64,000 bases of DNA from Lepidodermella squamata. Its lineage: Eukaryota > Animalia > Gastrotricha. The stretch lies in NCBI GenBank assembly GCA_047495785.1, contig JBLDXI010000010.1, forward strand, positions 310,001 through 374,000, given 5' to 3'. A program made the translations under genes and the position numbers. The notes under the pieces are model-generated. The model did not search any database. It was not told the DNA's origin and saw only the letters and a program-made list of their open reading frames with translations. Positions 12,780 to 23,182 of the stretch are shown piece by piece (the first letter of the stretch is position 1; the number at the start of each line of letters is the position of its first letter).

Positions 12780-13494
12780 TAGTTTTTGCGAGGAATGTCT
12801 CGGTATGATGACTTCAGGAGATGATTTCAGGAAATGTGTAATGCAGGCGTGGGGTTATTGATGAGCAGGCAGGAATATCGTCGTGCAAGCCGCGCATGAT
12901 TCTCTTACCAAGAGTAAAGCAAATCAAAAGCATAGTAATACGACGTTTGGCGGCTTGGCCGCTAGGCGATGGTCGTTTTCGTGCGAGCTGAATAAAGCAA
13001 GCTTTGCGGCGTTCCATTTCGAATGATTTCCAGCATGATAGCATGTAATCGAAGTAGATAACAGAGAGGATAGCCACAGGAATTGATGCAGACAAACATA
13101 GTTCCGGGGTGAAAAATGAGTAAACAGTGGCGAGAACATTCAAAAAATCAAAAAATTTTGGATATTTTGATATCAGTAGATTCGCCGCATTGAGCTGAGT
13201 ATCCTGAACGGTAATTCGAATGATGCAGATCAAGATAACCTGGTAAAAAAGGGTAAAAACGCGCTTCGTAGGCGTTTTCAAAGTTGAATTCGAAAAAAAT
13301 AGATGTTGCATTTAGGTGGAAATTTTTCTGACTCTTTGGTCCGCGAGCAACTTGATGTTGGAGGGACATTAAATAATAACTCTTGAAAACTACCATACAG
13401 CGGACAAAAGACAAAACCTGCTGAAGTACTGTATTTATACATTTTTACATGACACCTTAACTTTATACTATTCATTCATGTGTTTGAACAATTC

Positions 13495-14956
13495 AAAGAC
13501 TATAAAGAAAATATAGGTTAAATTTCCATCTTTTCCCGTCATTTATTCCAGGTTTATCATTCACCTCTCACGCCACTCTCACTATTATCCTATGCTATCA
13601 GCAAACCAGCGAGCTGCTCCTCCTCACGGGGCACAAGCCTCAATGGTGCGATCGTGAGACAGGTGTATTCAAAGCGTATCTTGCGATTGGGTATATCGCG
13701 TTGCATGTGCCATCTCTGCATGAGGCCACCGTTTGGACAGTTAACTCTGTGATATACCAAGACATCAACGCGGTTTCGCGGTTCGCCTCCTTCCCTTTCG
13801 GCGTTGTAATCGGTTGCTAGCGCCGTGGTAGTGGTAGTAACACTGCTTTCTACCTGTCATGAGACAGAAAATAAGACAGGATTAACCTAGCTGGTTTACT
13901 GCCGGATCTCACTTCTGCAAGGTCTTCCCCGACGTGTTTGGGGGTCAAATCACCTCAATACCTACCTGGCAGCAAGTGTAGACATATCGAATTTGTTCAG
14001 AAGAATGTTGTTGCTGGAAGCTTTGCAGAACCTCATTGGCGTTGCACTTGATGTCCTGTCTATCCAGGTAAACGAAATTACCGGCACCCCAATCCGTCCA
14101 GTCATTTGTAACTTGTCTGCACTTTCCGACAGACGGGGCTTTGCAGCACGTGTAATTAATATGCACGGCAAAAAAAGTAATAATCGGCCTGTCGACCCTC
14201 CACGTAGCCAGGTAGCTTCCGTCAGCGCAGTAGGGGCGAAGATCGTCGAGAGTAAACAAATCGAAAGTTCTGCGTCCGTTGTTGCCGGTTTGAAACTCTT
14301 CATTGGAGCACACAACAGCTTGCGTGGTGTTGGCTGAACTTTCTGAAAAGATTAATGCGATGTGAGCTAAAAATTGAACAAAGAGACGGGAACTCACGAC
14401 TAAAGGCGATGCCTAAGGTCGCCGCGAGAACAACCAGTCTCAAACTCATACTATGAACAAGTTAAAAGCTTCAAGTTGTATTTAATACGAAAAGCGGATG
14501 AATGACTTGATGAAACTCCAGCCAGTCGAGCTGCTGCGATGTTTTCGGGCAAAGTTATTTTTAACCCTGCTACAGCTGAGCATGCTTTTCGCGAAAAAAA
14601 ACAGCAGGGTTGAGGGGACAGATACGCAGCAATTGTTGGCGCACATCAACGATAAAATAATAATAATTATCAGTATAAAAACACGTATTAACTTTCAGCC
14701 GTCATAGCCGAACTTTCTTCATAGCTATTATTCAAAACATTGCTTTAGCATTCGTGTATAGGCAGCCCTATGCAAGTGCAATTTGGACAAAATTACGCAG
14801 CTAGCCGGATGGTTATTTATAGTTGTTGATCTTGTCCAACTACTTCAGCTGGTTTTGACCTCAATATTGACGGATGAATTAATCATGGATATTTGACAAA
14901 ACCATTTGCACATAAATTGTTGAAAATGAGCCAGATGTGACTCTTATGGAAGAAAA
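13495..14956 (-). repeat. Right arm of the 1462-bp inverted duplication
   Basis: Reverse complement of 6656-8117. Confidence 0.95.
13590..14449 (-). CDS. Second copy of the secreted Cys-rich three-repeat protein, 3 exons
   Basis: Mirror image of 7163-8022 with one visible amino acid change (T/S just after the signal peptide). Confidence 0.85.
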
Positions 14957-15159
14957 TTGGCTATTCTGGTTGGTTAGACTTGTTGAAACATGGACAAAGT
15001 CTGCGTTCTATTGGGCATACTTTTTTGTTGAGATTATCACTCCCAGAGCAACATTTCAGCAATCATCACGAAAAATGTATATTATGGAATTATTGACGAG
15101 ATGAGCCAATTTTTCTACTATTCAGTCCCCGAATCCTGAAAATTCCAATAAAGCACTTA

Positions 15160-15281
15160 CCGTATTACCGCGCCTTGAGTGCTATGCCACTGTGGCTCGT
15201 TTTACAGTGACAAGTCAAAATACCCCGTTCATAGTATGTTTCACTTTATAGTGGCATGACACTCAAAGCGCCATAATACGG
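15160..15281. mobile_element. Small Tc1/mariner(pogo)-type MITE
   Basis: TA-flanked CCGTATTA...TAATACGG ends with an imperfect TIR of about 32 bp. Confidence 0.6.
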
Positions 15282-16067
15282 TATACGGTATTGTGCTGTT
15301 AGTGTTATAAGCTGTTTTGTGGTTATACTTCTCCATTAGATAGCCCGCAGATATTTCGATATCCTCCCTAAATTTTATTGCATCGAACAGCGATCATACA
15401 TTTGTCTCTTTCGGTCACAGAATTGATCGCATTTCATGTGTTATCAACTTCTTATGAGCCGTTGAACTGTCGCACCAGACTGGACTATAACCTTGCGCGA
15501 AGCTCGTGGAATTGCTTTAAGTAGATTCGCAGCCACATAAGGTCAATAGTAGAATCACAAAAAGTTTAGAAAGTTGGTAGCATTCGAGAATTGCTAGGAT
15601 GACTTGTATCCCTGCATCCTAAGAAATATATCGGATGGTCTTGGTGATTTGATCTGGCTAGCGATTTATGATTAGCAATTAGCAACGATTCCGCCGTATT
15701 CGAGGAATGCTTGACACGCGACTCGCTTGGCATGATTCGTATACGACAAAATCTGACCCACCAATCAAGGTTGGGTTTCACGATGCGCGATTAGCCAAAA
15801 GTTAGTAGCACTGATTTATAAGGAGCCGTGAAACTCAGAAAAAGAAGCTTATTCGTGAAATAATTCAATTGATGAAGATTAAACCATAGATAGAATTCGA
15901 GCCATTGCCCGCGAATTTCAGACGGAACTTGCTGGCTTCGCAAGCATGTCAAAAACATTTCCTGGCACGAGGTCACTCGAATTTCAACTTCGGAAAATAT
16001 ACATCCTTTATACACCGTTGAAAGTTATTAAAGTTCCCTTTTTCTTGGCTTTCAATCAAGTTTCTAC

Positions 16068-16570
16068 ATGCATATCTTGACGTGGACTATACTTCTAGCT
16101 TCAGTGCTCCTGGTCGAAGGCCCGAAATACGTCCCTCTAAGAAGTTTTATTTTGAGAACTGGCCAACCAGGCTCGAATGGAACTGCTTGCCTGGCATTTC
16201 ACAAAACCGCTGTTGACGAAGCTAACAAACGCCCGGAAATCCTGCCACGCTAAAAAATCGTCCTTCAAGCTGATGATGAAGAGATTGCAGGCACTGTTAT
16301 TCCTTCTAAATTGGTCAAGCTCTCGGAATGGTCCGTCAAAACCCCGCACTTTTTGTAGGAGGAACGGGTAACAGCCAGTTGGCAGCTCCCATCGCTAAAT
16401 TCTATAAGATGCTCCAATTTTCCTACTCATGTAGCGCGATCAACATTCTAGCTCTCCGCCATCTAACAATGGCAACATTCCGACCTCAAATGCCGATGGA
16501 AAACATGGCGACAGCTGTCATCAAGCTACTGAAAGATGTCGGGAGATGGCGAAGAATCGGTTTCTCTAGC
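16068..16570 (+). pseudogene. Venus-flytrap/ANF-receptor domain fragment (GABA-B or class C GPCR-like), disrupted
   Basis: Signal peptide, AVDEANKRPEILPR*KIVL, AKFYKMLQFSYS, FRP, LLKDVGRWRRIG. One in-frame stop, one frameshift, then cut by a MITE. Confidence 0.65.
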
Positions 16571-17097
16571 GTTTCGGTATAACTCTCTATTTGACGGTAA
16601 CTCGTATCTCGCCATTGTTCTCTAGTTGCGGTAAATAGTTTACCGTAAACGGCACTACACTGCGGCACTAAAACGTAAAATACTCGCGTGCGGTAAAATT
16701 AATTTCTCTGCGGTAAGTTCAGCTCACCATATTATCTTGTAATGAATAGTAGGAATTACATGCATATTATGGAGGAATAGAAATGGAGTTGGAACCTTGC
16801 AAGGAACCTTGTAAGGAACCATGTGGAACCGTATTCCTTCAAAGGTTGAAACCGCGCTTGGGTTATCTGATGGTGCGCGCGCGCAGTCGCTCACGTACTT
16901 GCAATAGAGCGTGTTACGCAACCGCCGTAGTGCATTGCTGCAAGCCGCAAGTGCTTCTGCGGTAAAACCAACGCCGCGTGCGGTAAAAATTAACATACGA
17001 GGCGGTGTTAGTTTTACCGCACGAGCATTAAGGTGACCTTGTTTGTGTGCTGCGGTAAAATGCTTACCGTCAAATGGAGACTTATACCGAAACGCTA
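16567..17097. mobile_element. MITE with 34-bp TIRs
   Basis: TAGCGTTTCGGTATAACTCTCTATTTGACGGTAA versus 17064-17097 (2 mismatches), with repeated GCGGTAAAA motifs inside. Confidence 0.85.
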
Positions 17098-17848
17098 ACG
17101 AGCGTGATTTGTGCTCCACTAGACATATCGACGCTGGTGAACTCGCGTCCGATATTTTGGCAGAATTTCAAATTAGCGGCTGTGAAATCAATGCTCCCGA
17201 GGCGATAATTAGGCAACTTTGGATGATACAGAATACAGTCCTTAACAATTCGGAACCTGATTCACCTGATTCATGCAGTCAATCGAGCCCATCGTACTCG
17301 CAAGAAGGATAGCATGCAGTCCGGACACCCTCCAGTACCTCCCGTCGCCAGGACTTGCTCTTTTCCGTCATCCTTTCTCTTAAAATATCCGTCTATGTCC
17401 TCAACGCCTTGCTAGCTCTGCTGCTCCTCCTCCTCCAGATCAAACCATTTATTATTACTGTTATTTTTCAGAAAAGCGAAGAGACCGGCTTTGAACTAAT
17501 AAGATGACAGTTTTACCTCACGAGTATAGCATGCAAAGGGCCTACGTACGGCTAGTTTCTCGGAAATTGTCATGTAACAAGCCTCGTCTTAAAATCTGAC
17601 TATCATCCATTGGTGACGAAAGAACGCATTGTTCAATTTTGTTAAAGCATTTTTTGTTTTATTTTCTGTTTTTATCAACATTAATTATCCGTAACACATC
17701 AAACGCAGTTGAGGTGCATCAGAGATGACGTAGAACAAGGAGCAAACTGGAAAAGATGAGCACGTTATTTCACCTATATAAAACTGACCTCGTTGTTGTG
17801 TGAATCAAATCAGTATTTTCCACGTAACGTTTCAAATTCAACTCATCC

Positions 17849-19784
17849 ATGCTTTTTCTGTTGATCGTCAGCATTTTACTAAATGCACAAGGTGCTCTCA
17901 GCCAGAGTTGGATTGCATGTACCGATTACTCAGAATACTCAGGTACCATCGAGGATAAGACCTAAGTGTATATTTACTATCCTCTCTTATACAGGTGTAA
18001 CGTATTCACATTCGAAATGCCGAGGGTGGCCTCGAGAAGGTGCTAAGTATACTCCACAAACTGGTAACTTCGGCGAAGATACCCAATTTAGTTACAGGGA
18101 TCCAAGCGAGGAGAAGCCGTGCCTGTCTGATCGAGATGACGATGGAGCTTACACCAGCGACCATCCAATGGCAATTTATTACGCTGGTCAATCAGTCGTC
18201 ATAGCTCATCCAACAAAAGGGCACGCGAACGACAATCGTTGCGGGAGTAGAGATGTTCCAGATCTTGGTAGTTCTGTCTATGGCTACCTAACATCACCTT
18301 CGTCGAAGAACGACCCTAATTTCTCGGATTTCATCTCAAGCAATAACCTTGTCCAAGATTTTGGTTCGTCGCCCTTTGGACCTGATGCGAGTGACGCCGA
18401 GCTGTCAACATATCCGAAACCCGGGTTCCAAAATGCACCCGGATTCTGCAGCAACAAAGACAAAGCGCTTGCCACGAATAACTTCACGATACCGAATTTC
18501 TGGCAGCCTGGTAGATATTCGTTTCTATGGATGTGGCATTTCACTAACTTGGAGGATGACACTTACACTACGTGCTGGGAGGCTGATGTTTATGCGACGA
18601 AAGAAGAGGCTGATGAGGCTTTGAGTAAGAGAACCGGAGGCGTGAAAACGACAACTAGGCAAACAACGAAGGCCACAACACAACAAAAATCAACAACGTC
18701 GAAGGCGGTGCCAACCGTGGCCCCATCCACTACCAGGGTAAGACGACTTCTATCGAAACATTTGCTGAATCCAATTTCATCATAATTTTAAGCCGACAAA
18801 GGCAACGATTCCTACAAGCACTAAAACTGCAAATACCACAACCACTACTACTACGACCACCAGAATGACAACACCTAAAACCACGACTACTACAGTCAGA
18901 GCTTCAACAGTTCGCCCAACGACGACGACTACAAGGATGAGTTCAACCTCAAGACCCGCAACAATGCAGCCTAATACCCCATCGACGACTCAAGCATCGT
19001 CAAGTATCGAAACAGATTGTACGAAGTGGTCCTCGAAACCTCAAGCGACTGGATTCCGGATCAGTCAAAACTGGGGCTCTGGTGGAAATGGAGAACTCGA
19101 CATGCCGACTGATGCTGACAACAATTACGTATGGCTGAAATTTCCAACAGTAATAGCATCGCTAAAGGTAAGCAACTCATAGACTTTTGGTATTCTTTCT
19201 CATGATTTTCAATTTAGGTATGGGGAGCTGACGTCACAAGCGGTCCGGAACTACACGCTCAAGGAATTTACACCGTGGAACAGAGAGACCCTTACTACCG
19301 CCCGGCGAAAGCTGGGTTCAGCATGCAGGTCACAAGCGACAACTCCCAGCCTCAGTGTCAGCTCAATGCGAATTTTGTTGAGGTGAAGGTTATCAAAAAG
19401 GGGCAAAATTCGACGGATTCAGGTGGCAGTTCTGGCGCTTCAGATTGCCACGCGTGGAAAGCGAAACCCCAAGAGGCAGGCGTACGATACACTGGGTATT
19501 ACTTCAATTCAGCTAACGGAGAAATAGACATGCCAAGCGATGCGGACAATAACTACGTCATGATCAAATTCCCGCTGACTGTTGCAAATTTCAAGGTTTG
19601 GGGCGCTGATATCACAAGTGAGGATCTACGAGGTGTTGAGGCGACCTACACGATCGAACAGCGAGACAAATACTACCGCCCCGCAAAGGCCGGATTCAGT
19701 GTTCAATTCAATTCCGATAATACGAACCCGGAATGCCCGGTTCTTATTCAATTCATTGAAACGAGGGTGATTAAGAAATCGTAG
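17849..19784 (+). CDS. Secreted LPMO-like domain, Thr-rich linker and two CBM2-like domains, 4 exons
   Basis: Exons 17849-17942, 17995-18737, 18793-19167 and 19218-19784 splice in frame. Signal peptide then QSWIACTDY; HPMAIYYAGQ..HPTKGH; PGRYSFLWMWHF...YTTCWEA; mucin-like linker; two ~100-aa repeats with QNWGSGG and LKVWGADV. TATA box at ~17775. The gene model is firm, the product call is inference. Confidence 0.7.
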
Positions 19785-20025
19785 AGAACCGTCGTTTTCT
19801 GTGCTGTGATTCAACAGATCAGCTGCAGTTTCAATATAAAAAATTTTGTTTTCGTGGTTGACTTTTCTATGGCCCATGAAGGCGGATATGATATATTTCC
19901 GCAAGTTATTGCAGTAAAGCTAAAGCAAACATTTGTGTCGTTCGAATCCAATGTAAACACAGCCCTGCAATCTCTCCGAAATTGATGCAAGGCTTATAAT
20001 TGAATTGTCACTTATTTTTACAGAT

Positions 20026-21135
20026 ATGTCAAGAATCTCAAAGGCCATTGTTCTCTTTGCCGCATTATCATCGGCATTTGCTGAATCTGTATTTCAACCT
20101 GAGGAAAGCCGTATTCGCGATTATATTAGCGAGAAATGTAGCTTACTTTGCATGCAAAGGCCTGTTCGCTATCAGACATCAGTTACCAATGTTAACATTA
20201 AAGTTATCTTGCTAAAATTCAACGGTATAAACGAGGCTGATCAGACTTTTTCCTTCCTTGTGGAAGTCGATACTGCCTGGTATCACGAATGCCTCCTTTC
20301 GCTACCCGCGGCAGATTGGGGAAACGTATCAACCTTTGATATCAGCCCAGAATCAACTTGGTTCCCGATGATGACCCACCTAAATGCAGCCCACGACATG
20401 AATTCTCTGTTCCAGGCGACAAAGGAGAATGGCGTTGTATATTTCGTTAATGATGGATCGGTCTCTGTTCCTGTATTCACTGAACTTGAATCGACATGCA
20501 GTTTAACAGTGAAAAAATTCCCCTTTGACATTCAACAATGTGAAATTCTTCTCGAGGCTTGGTCATCGACCGCAAACAATCAGTTTATCCTCGAACGTAA
20601 TCATACTAATAACGCCAGCCTGACAACGCCGATGAGTATTTGGGATGTAATCAACATCACAGGACGAGTGATCAACGTTACGTTGACGAACTATCCCGAT
20701 GAACTTTATAATCGTGTCGTGCTGGATATATCATTTAAGCGAAGATCTGAGACATATATTGTTAACATCTTTCTGCCTTGTGCGTGTCTGATTGTCATGC
20801 TGCTCGCTACAGGGTTCCTGCCACCTAAGGCCATTGACAGGCCTGTATTCTGCATAACAACAGTGCTCGCTTTCACTGTTTTTCAATCTTCTCTCAATGA
20901 AATGCTACCCGTTTCATCAGAATTGCCTTATGTTATGACTTTCTTGGCTTTTCACACAATACTTGGAACTTTCTGCTGCATCTACTCTACGCTGACTGTT
21001 TTCCTCGCTAAGGAAATGAGAAATGGTAGCCTACCTGGTATTTCTCTTCGCCGGCTCGACGTAATTGTGTTCGGATCGATGACCGCGTGTTGTTTGATTT
21101 TCAACGTTGTTATCTTCTACTGGATGTTGACTTAA
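20026..21135 (+). CDS. Cys-loop ligand-gated ion channel subunit, intronless CDS
   Basis: Signal peptide, RPV, STCSLTVKKFPFDIQQC, FKRR, four TM helices. First ATG at 20026. Confidence 0.9.
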   Translation: MSRISKAIVLFAALSSAFAESVFQPEESRIRDYISEKCSLLCMQRPVRYQTSVTNVNIKVILLKFNGINEADQTFSFLVEVDTAWYHECLLSLPAADWGNVSTFDISPESTWFPMMTHLNAAHDMNSLFQATKENGVVYFVNDGSVSVPVFTELESTCSLTVKKFPFDIQQCEILLEAWSSTANNQFILERNHTNNASLTTPMSIWDVINITGRVINVTLTNYPDELYNRVVLDISFKRRSETYIVNIFLPCACLIVMLLATGFLPPKAIDRPVFCITTVLAFTVFQSSLNEMLPVSSELPYVMTFLAFHTILGTFCCIYSTLTVFLAKEMRNGSLPGISLRRLDVIVFGSMTACCLIFNVVIFYWMLT

Positions 21136-21214
21136 TTTTGAGCTCCGCCGACACGTGATGTTTAATATAAAAGTTGTACTTACAAAAAATGTTCGTTTTT
21201 AATAAAACTGTAGA

Positions 21215-22318
21215 ATGATCTCGACGGCATTTTGTGTCGTGCTCACCTTCCATCTAATCTTAGCTGAGAAGTTTGTGCCGGAAGAAACTAGTGTCAGGGA
21301 ACGACTCATTAAAAAATGTAACTTGCTCATTCGCCAACGACCTGTTCTGTACCGATCTGAAGTGACAAAAGTTTCGATCGCCGTCAGTTTTCGAAAATTC
21401 AACGGAATCAACGAAAGGAAGCAAACGTTCAGTTTCTTGATGGAATTCAGCTTAGTCTGGCCTCATGCTTGTTTACTAAAAACAGCTGGAAATTCTTCAG
21501 AGTGGGGAAATGTAACCGGCATTACCGTCAGCCTTGATCAAACCTGGTTCCCATTTATCAATCATTTGAATGCAGCTTCGGACGTAAACAAAATTTTAAA
21601 ATCTGCCCGCCAGAGTAACAAAGTATATTTTGCACCTGACGGTTACAGCTATATGTACGCCGGCGCTGAAATAGAGTCAACATGCGACTTGCGAGTCAAA
21701 AATTTCCCTTTCGACTCTCAATACTGCGAAATTCATATTGAATCTTGGGCAAGCATAAGAAATGTATTTTTCACTCTTAAAGGATCCTTCGGTGATATCA
21801 GCTCGTTGACAAGCCCAAAAAGTATATGGAATGTGGTTAGTATTACTGGAGAGATCAGAAACTTGACATATACGAGTTACAATGGCCGTATCTTCCACCG
21901 AATAGCGTTTGGTGTTCACTTCGAAAGGCGTTCGAATTCGTATGTGGTCAACATTTTCCTACCCTGTTTTTGTCTTGTCGCAATGTTTCTTTTCGGCGGC
22001 TTTTTGCCCCTAAAATCAGTCATAAGGCCGGCTTTTTGCATAGCATCTGTTTTGGCATTCACTTTCTACCATGCGTCCATTACGTCCAAGCTACCAACAA
22101 CATCAGAGTCGCCTCTAATCGCAACTTTCCTGGGGTTCCATACAGCTATTGGGACCATCTGCTCAGTGTATACAACCGCTACGGTTTATGCCGCCGAAAT
22201 GTCGAAACAAAAAGGCCACTCAATGAATATTCTCAAAAGAATTGATGCCATCGTGTTTTCTCTGATCTTTATAGGCTGCGGGATTTTCAATGCTGTATTC
22301 TTCTATTTGATTTTTTGA
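21215..22318 (+). CDS. Cys-loop ligand-gated ion channel subunit, intronless CDS, tandem paralogue
   Basis: STCDLRVKNFPFDSQYC, FERR, four TM helices. Colinear with the upstream gene. Confidence 0.9.
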   Translation: MISTAFCVVLTFHLILAEKFVPEETSVRERLIKKCNLLIRQRPVLYRSEVTKVSIAVSFRKFNGINERKQTFSFLMEFSLVWPHACLLKTAGNSSEWGNVTGITVSLDQTWFPFINHLNAASDVNKILKSARQSNKVYFAPDGYSYMYAGAEIESTCDLRVKNFPFDSQYCEIHIESWASIRNVFFTLKGSFGDISSLTSPKSIWNVVSITGEIRNLTYTSYNGRIFHRIAFGVHFERRSNSYVVNIFLPCFCLVAMFLFGGFLPLKSVIRPAFCIASVLAFTFYHASITSKLPTTSESPLIATFLGFHTAIGTICSVYTTATVYAAEMSKQKGHSMNILKRIDAIVFSLIFIGCGIFNAVFFYLIF

Positions 22319-23182
22319 TTCAATGTATCTGTTTCCGCTTAATTTCATAAAACCAGTGCGTTGCAAGAAGGAAAACAAGACTACTTTTGCGGGTTTGAAA
22401 TCACTGTTTGCAGCTTGAACCAGCCCCACTCGACACTTGTTCGGTCCAGTTTCCAGTTATACTTGGCTTACATTTTCTGAAGCTGACAAGAGTCGAGCTG
22501 ACTTTCGATCGAAGCTTTCTTCAGTTTCAGCCACAGGCCGGGTTCACAGTAAATCCCCGATCACTTCCTTGCCGAAATAAAGCTGGAGTTTCTGCTCGTT
22601 TTCGATAGCATGCACATACCATTGGCCACTAAAGCCGAATTCAACAGCAAAATATGAGAAAGTCGCTTATTCAGAACTAAACAGTTAACTTACCGTTTTC
22701 TTGATGTTGTTATCCTTTATATCAATAACCTTTTTGTTGTCAGACCACATGCCTTCGCTCTCTAGAAGTGCTTTCTGGAAAAAAGAGTGAAATTCAAGGA
22801 CGAAAGTTGAAATTCTGGATGGGACTTCAAAACATACGTACTGCATAAATCCTGGAGTTTGGGATAGTAGCCTACACCTTCGCGGCAAGCCCACAACTAT
22901 TGGAGCTCCTAGACCGAGATCAAAAGAGATGTGTCAAAGCCATAAGATAGTGGTCGAAACTGATCTGCGTAGCTAACTGGAAAAAACGAACGGCCAAACG
23001 CGTCCACAGTTCGAGAATAAGCTATGACACCGGTGGCTGACGGCATTTATCATTAAGAAATTTCCAATTTCTTCATTCAGAAAGGCTTCTAAATTTCTAG
23101 TCAAAATCGATTGCTTCTGCCAAGTAATATAACGAATATTTTAAAATGCGAGAAAATAAATCATTCATTGAAGTTTTATTCT

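Larger units (their letters stand above)
9290..13490 (-). mobile_element. Non-LTR retrotransposon, restriction-like endonuclease type (R2/NeSL group), near full length
   Basis: Order of 2A-like peptide, two C2H2 fingers, RT, CCHC knuckle and RLE. AATAAA on the minus strand at ~9320. Ends are approximate and no TSD was found. Confidence 0.9.

Noticed and set aside
9250-13494. rDNA, U2 or spliced-leader target site and TSD for the RLE element
   Set aside because: No recognisable RNA-gene sequence or duplicated target could be seen at either end.
6656-14956. The whole 8.3-kb unit as a TIR transposon such as a Polinton or Foldback
   Set aside because: The arms contain a spliced host-like gene, there is no transposase or integrase inside, and no TSD is visible.
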